NCBI RefSeq assembly: GCF_964355755.1
Contig: NC_092671.1
Location: 2,046,001 to 2,110,000 of the forward strand
Origin: Antedon mediterranea
Lineage: Eukaryota; Animalia; Echinodermata
DNA: 64,000 nt
Reading direction: 5' to 3'
The notes beneath the pieces are model-generated. The model made no database searches. It was given only the letters and a program-made list of their open reading frames with translations, and was not told where the DNA came from. This document shows, one piece after another, positions 13,701 to 28,700 of the stretch. The translations under genes were made by a program, and so were the position numbers. Each line of letters starts with the position of its first letter. Positions within the stretch are counted from its first letter, which is position 1.

Positions 13701-16700
13701 CTATTGTAGCAGGCAGTTCCAGGTGAAGTTCAAAATTACTGTATTAAAAATATGATACAAATCATATTTCCTCATACACCTATTTTGCTGCCTCCTTCCG
13801 ATCAAACATTAGACTAACTCTACAATAATGATCTGTTTGGTTAGCTGACAGAAAACCAAAACACATTTTTTGCTGCAGCTAAAGTTAAGTAATACTCAAG
13901 GTATTCTAAGTCAGTGTAGAGTGAATATCTTTTGTATGTTTCACTATAAACCTTTTTAAATACCTTTGAATAGACTCAGTATTCTTCATAGTTGACTTAA
14001 CCCCATTGAATAGGAAGACCAACAATGAATCCTGTACAAAGGGGAAATCTGTTAATAAGTATTGAGGAACCTGCCACAGTTAACCAGTATTTAAAATCTG
14101 GTATTGTATATCCAGTATAAAGGCATTGAGAAAGAGAAGTAATAGAAATATTGATTGTTTTAAATCAGACAACCGTAATTACTTACTTACTTACTTACAT
14201 ATATCATTGTATGCATGTCTTGGCGTTTATCAACCTTACAGTATACACAAAGTTTAACACGTCCTACCCAATCAGAAACAATCACTCAAGCGTCCACCAT
14301 TTTTGTAGACTTTTATATTTATTGATACAGGTTTAGAATTTAGTAATCATAGTTTTTATGGGTTTTGGAGGCGTTTATGTGAAAACATACCGATAATATT
14401 ATGCACAGTACATAATTGATAATCCACAAACACAAAATATAAATGGGATTCATATGTTTTTTTCATGGGAATTTAGGCATCTTCAAGTTAGTGCATGTAA
14501 TTACAATCACAACCAATTTGACGATAGTGTTTTTTTAATCTCTTATACAGTTATTTCGTCTTCCAAAAGACAGACTTTAATCTCTCCCTTTTGAACGTTC
14601 ATACTATGGTATAAGCATTGTTCATACTATGGTATAAGCATTGTTCATACTATGGTATAAGCATTGTTCATACTATGGTATAAGCATTGTTCATACTATG
14701 GTATAAGCATTGTTCATACTATGGTATAAAGCATTGTTCATACTATGGTATAAGCATTGTTCATACTATGGTATAAGCATTGTTCATACTATGGTATAAA
14801 GCATTGTTCATACTATGGTATAAAGCATTGTTCATACTATGGTATAAAGCATTGTTCATACTATGGTATAAAGCATTGTTTGCTAATTGCATAAATTAGA
14901 ACTCTTTTAAAGAATCATGAATGCATACTGTTTAAAAATACTATATTTCAGTGCCTCTTGCTTTCAGTAGTTTGGTACAATAACACTTTAATATAAAATC
15001 CTATAGTATAGTAATTAGTACATGCAATATGATCTTTTATCTCTGCATGGTTAACTATTATCTGTTTTTCAATTTTCTCACCTCGATGGTACCTTTATAA
15101 ATTAATTTTTATTTTAATTAAACTTACTGTACCATAAAGACTTGCAAATCAAATTTAACCGGTCCTTTTTTTTTAAATTCTAAAATTGTGGTGGTGGAAA
15201 ACTGACAATATTAATATTTCTTTGATTTCTTTTCTATAATTTTAGATTCGTCAACATGTAGTGATGAGATGAGCCCACTTGAAGGTGGTGTAACTTTAGT
15301 AATTTTATTTTAACATGTCAACATTTATTTAATATGAAAATTTTGAATGAAAATCTTATACATGTGCTAGCCATCCTCAAATCGGAATTATAATAATTTG
15401 TCATTATAATCATTTTTTCATCTTGCTTAATATCAAGTAATTATGTTTACATTTGAACATGTCAAATGCCCAATTAAGCTTGTGTTCGCCAATTTTTAAA
15501 TTTTTCCTGAAACAAATATTATTTATTTTATTTTTATTTATTCAACTTCTCACTAACACTGTTAGTGAAGGATCGGGACCAACAGGTGGTGTTTGTGTGG
15601 ACTAGTTACCGGGGTAACCCCCTACTCGTCTCAAAAGATATACTAGGTTTTTTAAAGTGCACATGAGCTATGTGTACACTGGACCTACGGTTTATAGTCC
15701 TTATCCGAGAAGGCTCGTTCTACCACCAGAACCATGGAGTGAGTGAGCCTCGAACCCCTGTGGATGTTATGGCTACGTAATTACGGTTCCACTGTCTTAA
15801 CCGCTTTGGATACAGATTGGATACTGTACGTTATAACATTTTACTGTCTATATTTCACCTCGCTTTTGTCCATATTATTAAAAAAGCAACAACTATAAAT
15901 TGATGCTAGATAATAAAAGATTTTCATTCAAATGATTTTATTATTTTTTTGCTTTTGCTGTCTTTTCTTCTTTCCACTTTTTTTTTTCAATTTCATTTAT
16001 AACATTTAGTACTTTACAATCCCATTTTCCAAATCTCATCAATTTACAGAAACTCATTTTACGGATATTTAATTTCAATAACCATAACCATATTTTTGAT
16101 ATTTCAACTTTGGTTATATAGTGGACGTGTTTGATTAAGCATTCAACATTAATATCAAACTTGATTATATATATGTGGACACCATATGGAAAGACTGATT
16201 TAAAAAAAAAGATAGATATTAATGATTGATGCTGTATAGTTAAAAAAGAATGTGGACTAAAGTTATATTGTGGTTTACCAGCCAATATGGTTGGTATACG
16301 GCCACTATTGTATGATTCCATGATGACCTCTCTGCGATCAGACACTAGTCACATGGTTTTAAGTTTATAAAGTGTAAAAAAAAAAGTCTTCAGGTGCTGT
16401 GAAAACAAGTGTAAAGATGGTGATATGCCCTCATCGCTAACATGTGTTCGACTAATAAAATGCAGTTAGCACCAGTTGAGTCTCGGCGTCCTTCTCAGGA
16501 CTCCGGCGCTTCCTAAACTGACAAAAATAAATGGGTCTTAAACCTTATTATTATTATTATATTGTAATATTATTCTATGCAATTAACATAATGTACAAAT
16601 TATGTATCAACATTTAATAGCCGTGTTGTTATCAACGTAATCTACAAGTTATTTTTATTCTGTTTACTGACACCCACAATGACCTGACTAGAATGAGCTA

Positions 16701-19700
16701 GGCAAACAATCCCACGTACCCAAGTATCTTAATGACACTGTGTGTACAAAGTGTACACATTGAATGCGTAGCCAAACATGTGTGTTTAGTAAACTTTCCC
16801 TACTGTACTATCAGCAGTTTGGAACTGCAGATAACAAAAATAAGTTTTAATAAATGGTAACAGAAATTTCTAAACAGCTACCGTAGGAATATATATTTTC
16901 TATACATTTTTTTTCCAGTTCCTACTTTGTTTTAAAATTCATACGCATTCATACAGTACAAGTAATTCACTAATTACAGGATCTATAAACTTCATTTATC
17001 ATGCTTATAAACTAAGTCTCATTTGAGGCTTAGGGAATGGAGTTGAAAGAGTAGTGAGTTCCAACCCTGGCACTAGGTCAGGATTGAACCCTGGACCTTG
17101 GGATTGGAAGGCAAGCACGTTAACCACAAAGCTAAAGCTCCACTACAAACTCTCAATTTTTGTAAGATAATTTGAACTTGACTGTCTACTTAAAGACCAC
17201 TGCACCACTACATGAAATCCTCCCCCTCCCCATTTTCTTTCCCCAACAAAACTGTATTTAATATATCTTTTGCTATTTAAAATTCTTGGCTATAGTTGGT
17301 AACTAGGCATTAATGTTGTCAACCTTTAAATAACAAGTAATTCAGATGGCTCTGATCAATTACATTAAATTCAATCAATTACGACAGTATGGATTAAGAA
17401 ACATATGGGTTGAGCTTAAACGCTTTTGGCAACGTGGCTTGCGCATTGATCACATCTAAGATGGTGAAATGCATTTTTCAAAACAAATAGTTTATAAAAT
17501 GATATCTGCAAACAGAAAATGAGGAATATTCCCTGAGACATGAGGTGCGTCTCATTTTAGTAAGCACTTACATAAATTATATAATTCTGGTAGATGTGAT
17601 AGTGATAATGAATATCCAATAAATATTAAAAATATAGAAATTGTCCAAATTTATTTTCTTATACTAGATTAGAATGATATAAAGAACACATTAAAATTGT
17701 TTGACTTATATTATTAGAATTGAGACATTGAGAAAATTTAGAAATAGACATAATATCAACTTTAATTGTGAAATGTGAAACATTGATAAACATGTTCTTC
17801 CTATGTTCAATAAGGTATTTAATGTATAAAAAATACATACACTTATAAAAATACATTTTAGAATACTTATTATAAAAACATGAAACATATTGCAACATTT
17901 AAAACAATGATTTAAAAAAGAGTTCTCTTAAATTTCAAATTAAATTGTAAATTGCAGTTATGTTGCAATGATCATTATTTTGTTGTATAAAAAAGCAATG
18001 TTGCAGAGTGGACGAGGAGTAAGGGAAAAACCTTTCCCAAATAAACAGGCACTTCCTCTACCCCACTTTCTCCTTTAAAATAGAGCAACTTTATTAAAAA
18101 AAATATTTATGAATATTGCACTACACTTAGAAATAATAAAATTCATCAACAAAAATGAGTAAATAGCAGTGATGGTAAGGATATGCTTACTTGAATACGG
18201 ACGCAGTATTAACTGTATTACCTGCCATACTATAATGCCTCAACAACACCACACCTTTTTCCTTTTCTCCTTTTGTCTAAATCCTATTACTCAAGCCATT
18301 CATACAAATAATACTAATCTAATTCTTGACATATTTATACAGTACAGTAGACCAGGGAGGTAATAGACCCTCTATTGGGACACCCTTATTCAGGGACACC
18401 CCTATTATTTAAGATGTATTGTCCCCTAAAATCATTAAAAAGATTTATAAAATCAGACTTTGAATAGACTATTTTGCAGTTTTGACGAAGTTATTCACTT
18501 ACATAGAAAAAAGAGATTATGATAAAAAAGACTTTATTGAGATCAAGTTTATCTCAATTTTAAATCACACATAATTTGCTAGTACCCTGTGATGAGATCT
18601 TTGACAAAAATTTTCGTCTTTAAAAACAAATTATAGTATGCTATGGAGGAAAATTCTTCCTATGATTGCAATACTGCGGCGAACTTTTTGAATAAATTGA
18701 TAAAATAAATTGAAGCAAAAAAATCATTACAATACAACAGAACTCATTTATATAAACTGTTCTGAATATACAATATGCTGATACTGATTGTCTTTACTTG
18801 TCCATAATAAAAAACATTTCAACCTGTATTTGAAATTGCCATTAAAAAAATCAGTGCGAGACATACAAAATGCAATATCAATATACAGGAATATTTAAAT
18901 ATAAATATGTACTGTATGTAAATTTAATATCATTTTATCATTACAATTTATTAAAAATATTGTTTATTTATTTGAATATAGAGTTTGAAAGACAATAAAC
19001 ATTATAAAAAGATATTCAGGAATTATTTAAATACTTTACATTTGCATAATATAAAAAAAAATTGTGTAAAAACTTATTTATAAAAATTCTTCTGAATAAT
19101 GTGATTTTACAACTCTCGTTTTTTGTTAGCACAGTGGTGATGAAATTTACTAAAAAAAATAATTCAAAATATTATTTTTTCCACTTTATTTATATTATTA
19201 TAAAAATTCTTTTTTAAATGTGAATTTACAACTTCTTTCTTATTATCATTGGCACAGTGACAGATGGAAAACACATCACAGAATATTCTGTAACTACAAT
19301 TATATTTATTCAATATGTGGAACTATTCTCATTATGAAAACATTAAGCCCTGATGGGTTTAATATCTCATTTATGCCATTGATCACGAGAAAAAGACGAT
19401 ATATATTGTTATTATTTTAGCAGACTTAGAATAAGTAATATAACAGGCTTTACTGAGTTTACTTATGCTTGGACATTACCTTTTAGATTTTTGGCTAAAG
19501 ATGTATTGTCCCGGTCCCCCACGACAAAATAATTCTTTTTGTTGAATATACCATTTTAATGTAAAAAAAAAATTGGATAGACAAAAAAATGATTTAATTT
19601 TCATGTTTTTCTTTAAATATGACCATTTTTTATAAGTGAAAACATTATTTTTGGAAAGAGTGAATAAGATTATTGAAACTACAAAATGGCCTATTCATTG

Positions 19701-22700
19701 AAATTTTTATTCATTTTTAATTGTCATGTTTTGACGAAAGTAAGAAAGCTTTTGTTTATTGCGACAGATAAAAGCTTTATTGAGTGTGCAAATGATATTA
19801 ATGTCTATAATGATTTGTAAGGAAAATTGCCACTATTGAATTTTCTAAGGACATACTTTATAGAAAGACTAAAAGCAAGCATCTATAAACAGATGACTTC
19901 GCTAAAGGTATTGAATTGTACGTAGTCAGCGTTACGTACTTAGCGTGCTAATAATTACTTATTATTAAGTGTCAACACTTAATGTCACCGGAGATATCGC
20001 GCTAAGTTATAGTTTTATAATTCGTTATACGATATCATCTCTAAGGATTTTCAGATTGTTAGTAACTGTTGGCTACGTCAACCAATTAATAAGAAGGTGT
20101 AATTCAATAGTTGTGTCTTCAAGCGATTTTAAAGAAAATTTTGCATTTGTTTGACAAAAAATTCACAGGAAGTGTGTATCCGTAGTACAGTACTATGTTA
20201 ATCTTCTTCTATATCTGCTGTTTTTAACTCATGGACAATATTTAAAATTTCCATGTAGCATAATGAAATGATTAGTCTATTCCGTGCCTAGCTTACCTGG
20301 ATAAACCGACAAATGCCCTATTCTCCTAGAAGAGCGATATGTACTCGAAAAGTATAAAATTCATTGAACACCACTCTTTATAAATGGTACAGTCCACAAA
20401 CCAAGCCCTCAAGTGGGAGCATGCTCACAAACCACCATCATCATATATTTCACTCTTCGAGGAGAATATGGCATTTGTTGGTTTATCCAGGTAAGCTAGG
20501 CATGAAATAGACACCATTTCTGGTTTGTGTAATCAATTGAATCATATATTATTTAAATATGTAAAATTATGAATTGAGATATTGAGATTTTATCTAGTAG
20601 ACCCTGTACATTATAGGTATTAAGAGAACAGCTTTGGTTATCAACAAACTTCCGCTTTGACAGAAGTGTCCCCTAAAAATGGTAATTGGCTGAAAAGTTA
20701 CTGTAGAATATATCTTGCTTCCCATTCACTTCGCAGAAAAGTGTCCCCTAAATAGGGATGTACCATGAATAGGATTTTCCCAAAGAAGGAGTTTTCCCAT
20801 TGTGAGGGACTTTCCCAAAGGATAGGTTCTAGTTTACTTAAATCATCATACTGTACATGTCTTGCATATTTAGTCTTGTCTCTAATCAAATTAATTATTT
20901 ATATCAAAACATTAAATTACTATATTTCTTTTTAATATTGAATTAATAATCAATAAATAATACTTATTATTTATTAGTAATACTATCCATTATATTTACA
21001 GTATAATAATAATTTAAAATTATTAATAAAAATATATTTAGTCTTGCACTATTGTTTTTAATTTTATTTTTTTTATTCTTCACTTTTCATTCATGTAAAA
21101 TAATGTTATTATAATTTTATGCTATTTATTCACAAGATGCTAAAGCTTAGTATCATCATACAGTAAGTGTTATTCACATACAAATGATGTCATTAAATAA
21201 TATATTTATAGAATTATAGTATTTCATACGTCAAAAATAATTATAATGAATGATAATAATACAGGTGTATGCCTCATTAGTGTTATCAACTTCATTAACG
21301 TATATAATTAACATCACACTGAATGTTTAAGGTGATGTTGTATGAGATAAGCTTACTGAGATGCGAGACCGAGGTAATTCCTCCCGTGAGACGTGATACG
21401 CGATATTAACACTGTGAGAAGCAAAGTTAATGTTTCTCATGGGACGTGTTTTAAGATGACATGCGAGATTGGCTTGTGAAATGCGAGACCAAATTAATGC
21501 GTCCTGCGAGACGAGTATGTTTTCTCATGTATTACAATCACCTGCACCGTAATTTCCTAGATGAATGTGATTAGTGGAAGTGAAGTTTACGTGAAAATGT
21601 TAAGCAATGAAATTGAATACAATAACAAAAATAGGACGATTGTTTCGTTTATTATGTTAAATCAAAAGGCAAATTACTGAAAAAATGGAAATACTGAATG
21701 TCTGTATCTTTAAATAAAGTAAATCAAATGTATTTTTTTTGTGTCGCCAGATGCCTCACTGCTTGAGTCTGATGAGAAGCCACAAAAGATCAGTGGCAAG
21801 GCCTGGGGTAGAATGCCGGTAAGGTTAACACCAGCTAATGATTAATTTAGATCGAGTAAACATTCTAGAAATTACGCGCGATTTACCGAATTTTGCCCTT
21901 ACGTAAATTTATATATAGATGAGAATGTCTGACAAACAACAATACACTATGTTTTAAGTGTAATTTCAATTATTGTCGAAAACCATTGGGGCATAAAGTG
22001 TTGGAGAACTGTGCATTATAATAATACAAGTACTGCTATATACATCATGATTAATAAACTTAACAATACTTTTGAGCACAAATTCTTTGAAAAATGTGCT
22101 TTATAGTATGATAAATACTGCTATACACATTAATACAAATGCATTTTTTATATTGATTATCTGTGTATAATTACTTGTTAAACATGCTTTACCTTTAATA
22201 TTTTTTTAGAAATTCTTTTGCTGTGCAGACAATTTCCCAACCAGTGTCTACTACATTGTTGGGAATGAATTTTGTGAACGATTTTCATACTATGGAATGA
22301 GAAGTAAGTATAACTACTAAGAATCTTGAGTTGAGACCAAAGATATTATAACTTTACTTAGAGCATGGAGAAATAAGATTTCATAATAATTACATAATGT
22401 CTCATCATCTAAAGATAAGATTGATATCAAACTTAACTTAAACATTCCCCTCTCCTCCACAACCTACTTCCACCACCGCACCTTGTTCCATACCAATTGA
22501 GATATCAATCAATTAAGATCAGATACTGAATTTCCTTTACCAAAGTGCAATACAAATAGATCAAAGAATCAACACCGGTATCTTTAATGGTTGCCTTTTC
22601 CTTGCATGGTCGGGTACCCGGCTTTGTTTTTTGCTGTTCTAACTTTTTTATATATGGCTTTTTAAAATTTATATATTTTTTGTTTTTTAATTAATGAATT

Positions 22701-25700
22701 GCAAATATCCAATCCTATATTTTTTATATTTCGATTGATTATGATTTGATTTTGAAATGGCATTTGAGTTTCAAAATATAGTTTGTTGATTTAATAATAC
22801 ATTTAAAAAAATTTTTTCAGCAATTTTAATTCTGTACTTAACGAACATCTTATTACTAAGTGATAATAATGCCACCGCTCTGTTTCACACGTTTGTCATG
22901 TTGTGTTATTTTACACCGCTGATGGGTGCCATGATAGCAGATGGATTCCTTGGAAAATACAGGTACTGAAGGCCTACAATTGATATAACTCTAAACAAAC
23001 ACATAAAATGCATTGCAAACACTTCCAAAAACATGACAATTGAAGATGGATAAACTAGACTACATTTTAATTACTTTTATAAACTGCACCATTTGAAAAC
23101 ATGGATGCATTATACAATTACATTCTTAGTATAAATAAGTTTGATCTAATGCATGTAACTCTCTTTGTAGGACAATCCTGTATATCTCATTTGTGTATAT
23201 GTGTGGTAGTGCTTTGATGTCTCTCACAGCTCTACCACCCCAGACAACTGGCAGCCCAGAAATGTAAGTAGTATTATTATCATCATCTAAGCAACTTTTC
23301 ACTAAATTTATTAAAGACACATTATGAGTAAATGATTCAAAGCCTTTGTATGCCACATATTGATTTATATTTGATTTAATTTTTTTTTGTATTTGTCTAT
23401 TTCATATCTAGTTTATACCTTGATAAACCAATTGTAGCCATATCTCTTCCAAGCAAGATACCTAAAAGTTCTAATAATACTGAACTAATCCATGAATGTT
23501 GGTTTGTGTAATTTCTCCAAGTCACAACTAAAAATAGGAACTATATTATTTTATTCTAAATAATAAATTATTTTGCAGTGTTGGCCCAATGATTGCCCTT
23601 CTTTTAATCGCAATTGGTACCGGAGGGATCAAACCATGTGTGTCAGCATTTGGGGGTGATCAGTTTATCGGTGGTGAGGTAAGAACACAACAAACAAATT
23701 TAGGTAGAAGTTTAAACCTACTCATGCATAAATAATTGTTTATACAGCGCCCTCTATAGATTTAATATACTGTATACTGTATTATTATTATTGTACTGCG
23801 TTTTCAATAAAAAATCTTTTGACTCGTAAAGCATTGAGAAACTATTTTTTTGTCAGAATTATGTGCGAGAAAAGATTTGTAAACATGCGAGACAATTTAT
23901 TGAGTTGTTAGAAGTGTAGTAACTTTTCTTTTCTAAACCTATTTAATAGGTGGAAATGCTACAGAAATTCTTTGCTGTGTTTTACTTTACAATCAACGCT
24001 GGTAGTGTTCTATCAACTTTCATTACACCAATTTTAAGGAGTGATGTCCAATGCTTTGGAGAAGACTGTTATTTCTTAGCCTTTGGTGTTCCAGCAGTTT
24101 TAATGTGTATTTCATTATGTAAGTGATTTTACAATGGTATATGTGTACTAGAGCACCCACAGTGTTTGGATCTTGGAGTCTAATATGATTTGTAAATGAC
24201 AATTGGGACCAATATGATATCATAGAAAATGGTTTATGGAGAGTTATTAGCATAACATTTCTTTTTCTTCATTTCAGTTATATTTGTACTTGGACGAAAG
24301 AAGTATAAGCAATTCCCACCAACTGGTAACATTATAGGGCAAGTCATTAGCGCTATATTTGTAAGTACTGTATGCCTATGTAAGTACTGTATGCCTATGT
24401 AAGTACTGTATGCCTATGTAAGTACTGTATGCCTATGTAAGTACTGTATGCCTATGTAAGTACTGTATGCCTATGTAAGTACTGTATGCCTATGTAAGTA
24501 CTGTATGCCTATGTAAGTACTGTATGCCTATGTAAGTACCGTATGCCTATGTAAGTACTGTATGCCTATGTAAGTACCGTATGCCTATGTAAGTACTGTA
24601 TGCCTATGTAAGTACTGTATGCCTATGTAAGTACTGTATGCCTATGTAAGTACCGTATGCCTATGTAAGTACTGTATGCCTATGTAAGTACTGTATGCCT
24701 ATGTAAGTACTGTATGCCTATGTAAGTACCGTATGCCTATGTAAGTACCGTATGCCTATGTAAGTACCGTATGCCTATGTAAGTACCGTATGCCTATGTA
24801 AGTACTGTATGCCTATGTAAGTACTGTATGCCTATGTAAGTACTGTATGCCTATGTAAGTACTGTATGCCTATGTAAGTACTGTATGCCTATGTAAGTAC
24901 TGTATGCCTATGTAAGTACCGTATGCCTATGTAAGTACTGTATGCCTATGTAAGTACCGTATGCCTATGTAAGTACTGTATGCCTGTCTTTAATGAGGAA
25001 AAGGTGAAAATAGGTAGTTTACAGTGAGCCTTCTAAAGCTCTGTCTACACTATCAAACTTTATGTGATGTACCATGATGATGTCATACCACTACCATAAT
25101 TGGGCAAATCACTACCATATTTGTGCACATCACACTTTTTTGTCAAACTAGTTTGATAGTGTACACAGAGGTCAAGAAAGCATATACTGTAAATCAAGTT
25201 AAATGTATCAGTTGCTTTTATACAAGAAAGTTTTGATTTTTACCGAAAGTAAGAAAATAAAAAAAAAAAAAACACAAACATTTGTAGAATAAATAAACTG
25301 TTATGATAACAGTATTCTAATCTACTGATAAATGTACTGTAAATGTTCTGTAAATTTTCTGGTAAATGTACTGTAAATGTTCTGTAAATGTTCTGGTAAA
25401 TGTTCTGATAAATGTACTGTAGCATTGTCAAAATATTTGATGTTCTTTTTGTACTTTGCAGTATGCATTAAAAAATCGATTTGTTAAAAGGAAAACAGAT
25501 ATTACAAAAGAACACTGGATTGACTGGGCAGATGATAAATATGATGTAAGTAAGACTATTTACCTGAATAAACCAACTTTAGCCAATGATTTTCCACGAG
25601 AAGTACACCCCTATAAAGTAATGGAACAAACCAAAATGTCCACCATGTTTTCTATTGCATCATCTTTATCTATGAAGCTACATTTACTTGTTCTGTTTCA

Positions 25701-28700
25701 TACAGAGTGGAAGACGGCACCATTTTGTTAAATAATGGAATCTTATATACGGAATTGAATAATGTCTTCCATTGTATGAAATGGAACAAGTTAAATGTAG
25801 CTTGAAGTAGATGAGGTTTTTTTTAATCCAGAAAATAATCTGTGCGGTCATATTGATATTTTGTTTATTTTTTAAATTTAAATACCATGGTAATTATTTT
25901 TAATTTGTGTTTCAGGCTAAGTTACTTACTGACATAAGGAATCTATTCCATGTTTTATTTATGTATTTACCGCTGCCAATTTTCTGGGCGTTGTTTGACC
26001 AGCAAGGGTCGCGATGGACACTTCAGGCAGAACACTTAGATGGTCAACTGGTGAGTTGTGAATTTTTGTTTCATTTTTTGTAAATAAGAAATATTTTTTG
26101 GCTTAATGAGTATCCTTCATGTTAATCTTGTGATTTACATATAGAAATGTTTCCCATTGGTGCATTTGTTGTAAATTGTGTACTTATTTTCTGATTGTTT
26201 ATAATTTTATATATTTCAGGGTAATTGGAGAGTTAAACCAGATCAAATGATGGTATGTAATACAGATTTTACTGTATTTTTTTTAGAGAGATAATTTGAT
26301 AAAACCAGCAAAAATACAAGCATGATTCCCAATATAGAAATATATAATATAATAAAAACATTCTCTCTCTCTAGCTGGTTTACTTTATTGTTTGATTTAG
26401 CTTTTTGCTTAATTTATTTGTATCTCCATTAATACCAACCACTGATACCCACAGCATTGTAATTTTTTCAGTGTTTATTTTATTTGTATCTTCATTGAGT
26501 TCAAGCCACTGATACCCACAGCATTGTCATTCTTTTCAGTAACTTGCCTTTATGATTAACATATTTATAACATAATAATATCAATGTTATTTCCTTGTTT
26601 AGGTTTTTAACCCAATATTGATAATTCTGATGATTCCTTTATTTGAAGTCGTTATATATCCATTGATACGTTTCTTGCGGCTCCCATGTCGCCCTCTACA
26701 GAGGATGGGTGCCGGTATCTTCTTTGCTGGATTGGCGTTTGTGATTGCTGGGTTTCTTCAGTTGAGACTTGACGTAAGTTGGTAATAAAACGAGGTAACA
26801 GTTGATGAGGGTCAGAATGATAGAAAGCATTTACACTTTTCCTGAGTTTGTTCGATTTAAATTGTAAAAAAATAGAGAAATTAATTCCTTTTTATCACTT
26901 GTAGAGCAATGAATTAACTTTCCCAAAGTCCGATGAAGGAATGATTAAAATCATAAATGCTGCCCCCTGTAACCTGGATGCTGAGCTTAGAGGGGATACG
27001 GACCAAGTACTTGGACATCTGGCCTTTGCTAATGTAAGTAATTATTAACCATGGAGTAATAGTAAGTAAGAGTTGTAATACTTTAATATATTAGTTTATA
27101 CAAATATTGTAGATCATTTTCTTTTTTTTTTCATTTCTGGTAATATTGAAAATTAATTGTTCTAATTGCCATTTTTTGTGTTTTAATGAATGAATTTCAG
27201 ATTTCATTTTATGATATATTATATTTGAATCGCTTATATTTTTTCATCATGGGCATGAGAGGAATACAGACCTATATGGATTCAGTTTCTATTTTGTGAT
27301 CTTAGCTATGTCATTTCTCCAAGGCTATAGGATTCTGTTCCCTTTTGTATTTTCTGCTAATTAACCTTGTTTTGTAGTTGCTGTTTTTATTCGTTTTTAT
27401 GTTTTTTTAAGCAATTCAAGTCACTTCTAAAATCTCAGCTGTTTTAATAATTCTTTTCGTCTTTTAGTGCTATGAGACATCAGTAAACATCACTTTATAA
27501 AAGTTTGTTAGTATTAATGAGAATGAGAATAGGATGAATTAAAATAATACTAATTTCTATTTGTTTTTTGTCTCACCAGTCTTCAGACCAAACCATTCTA
27601 CCATTAAACAACTACACCGTAACGTTTCTACCACAAAACTGCCCTCTAAGTGATACATCTGTCTACGTACCAGAATTAACAAGCGAGGAAGCTGATGTAG
27701 CAGTTGTTGGGTTGTTTAACCAATCAGGTGTCTTACAATTTGAAACTAGACAATTCAAAGGACAGATAGTTAAACCACATCGAGCCGATGCCTTAATCAA
27801 GTGAGTGTTATAAACAGGATCAGAAAACTTGAACATGACATTGGGTTGACCTTTAAGTGTTCATTTAATTTTATTCATCAAAGAGAAAAGAAAAATATCA
27901 TTAAAAATTTTAGACTTAAATAAATTAAAAGATGAAAAGGTCCATCAACAAAAAGCTAAAAGCTTGTATGTGGTTGATGACCTAAAAAACTTAACTAAAC
28001 CATAAAAGTCAAAAGAACATATTGAACTTGACATTTGGTTGACCTTTAAACGTGGATTTACATCTGACATGTATGGGTTTCATCCATGGTACTCAATATT
28101 TAGATGGCGCTTTACTAGTCGGTACATCAGTTACACTTTTTATTTCAATGCCATCTTTCTGTTACAGAAAAGAAAACAAAAATTATTTAGGAGAAGATCA
28201 TATTATAAGTTTTCTTTCACATTGCATCACACATAGTTTGCTATACTCAAAAAGAAAGAACAGAAGATTTGTTTACATTGATCTTGTATTCCTTTTTAAA
28301 ATTAACTTTGAAATGAATTTAATCAATTTGTAAGCATACATCTTTGATTTGTTGGTACCCATGCTACTATGTTAAAGCCTGTGCATTTGTTAAATTTGTA
28401 ATTTGTTTTTTTGCAGTGTTGTGTATGTCATAGAACCTGATATCCTGACAAACATGTCTGTGATATTAGAGAGTGATAAGAATGCCTACACCATTCCTTT
28501 TGAATTCTTTAATGCATCTGCCTTTGTGGAGATTGTTCCAGATACGTAAGTTCTAATTTGAAGCTTTTTTATTTGATAAGACCAAATTAATGAATTCTGT
28601 GGCGAATCCAGGATTCTTAAATATGAAGTTCTGAACTTAACCTAATGTCGTATCTTGTGCATTGCGAAAGATGAGTTCAATTTTCGACGACCTAGGACTT

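Noticed and set aside
18410-19860. Possible Kolobok-like element starting TTAAGATGTATTGTCCC
   Set aside because: Two similar left ends but no convincing matching right TIR or TSD.
24361-24985. CRISPR-like appearance of this and other tandem arrays (14597, 44490, 56041)
   Set aside because: Contiguous units without unique spacers, no cas genes, eukaryotic context.
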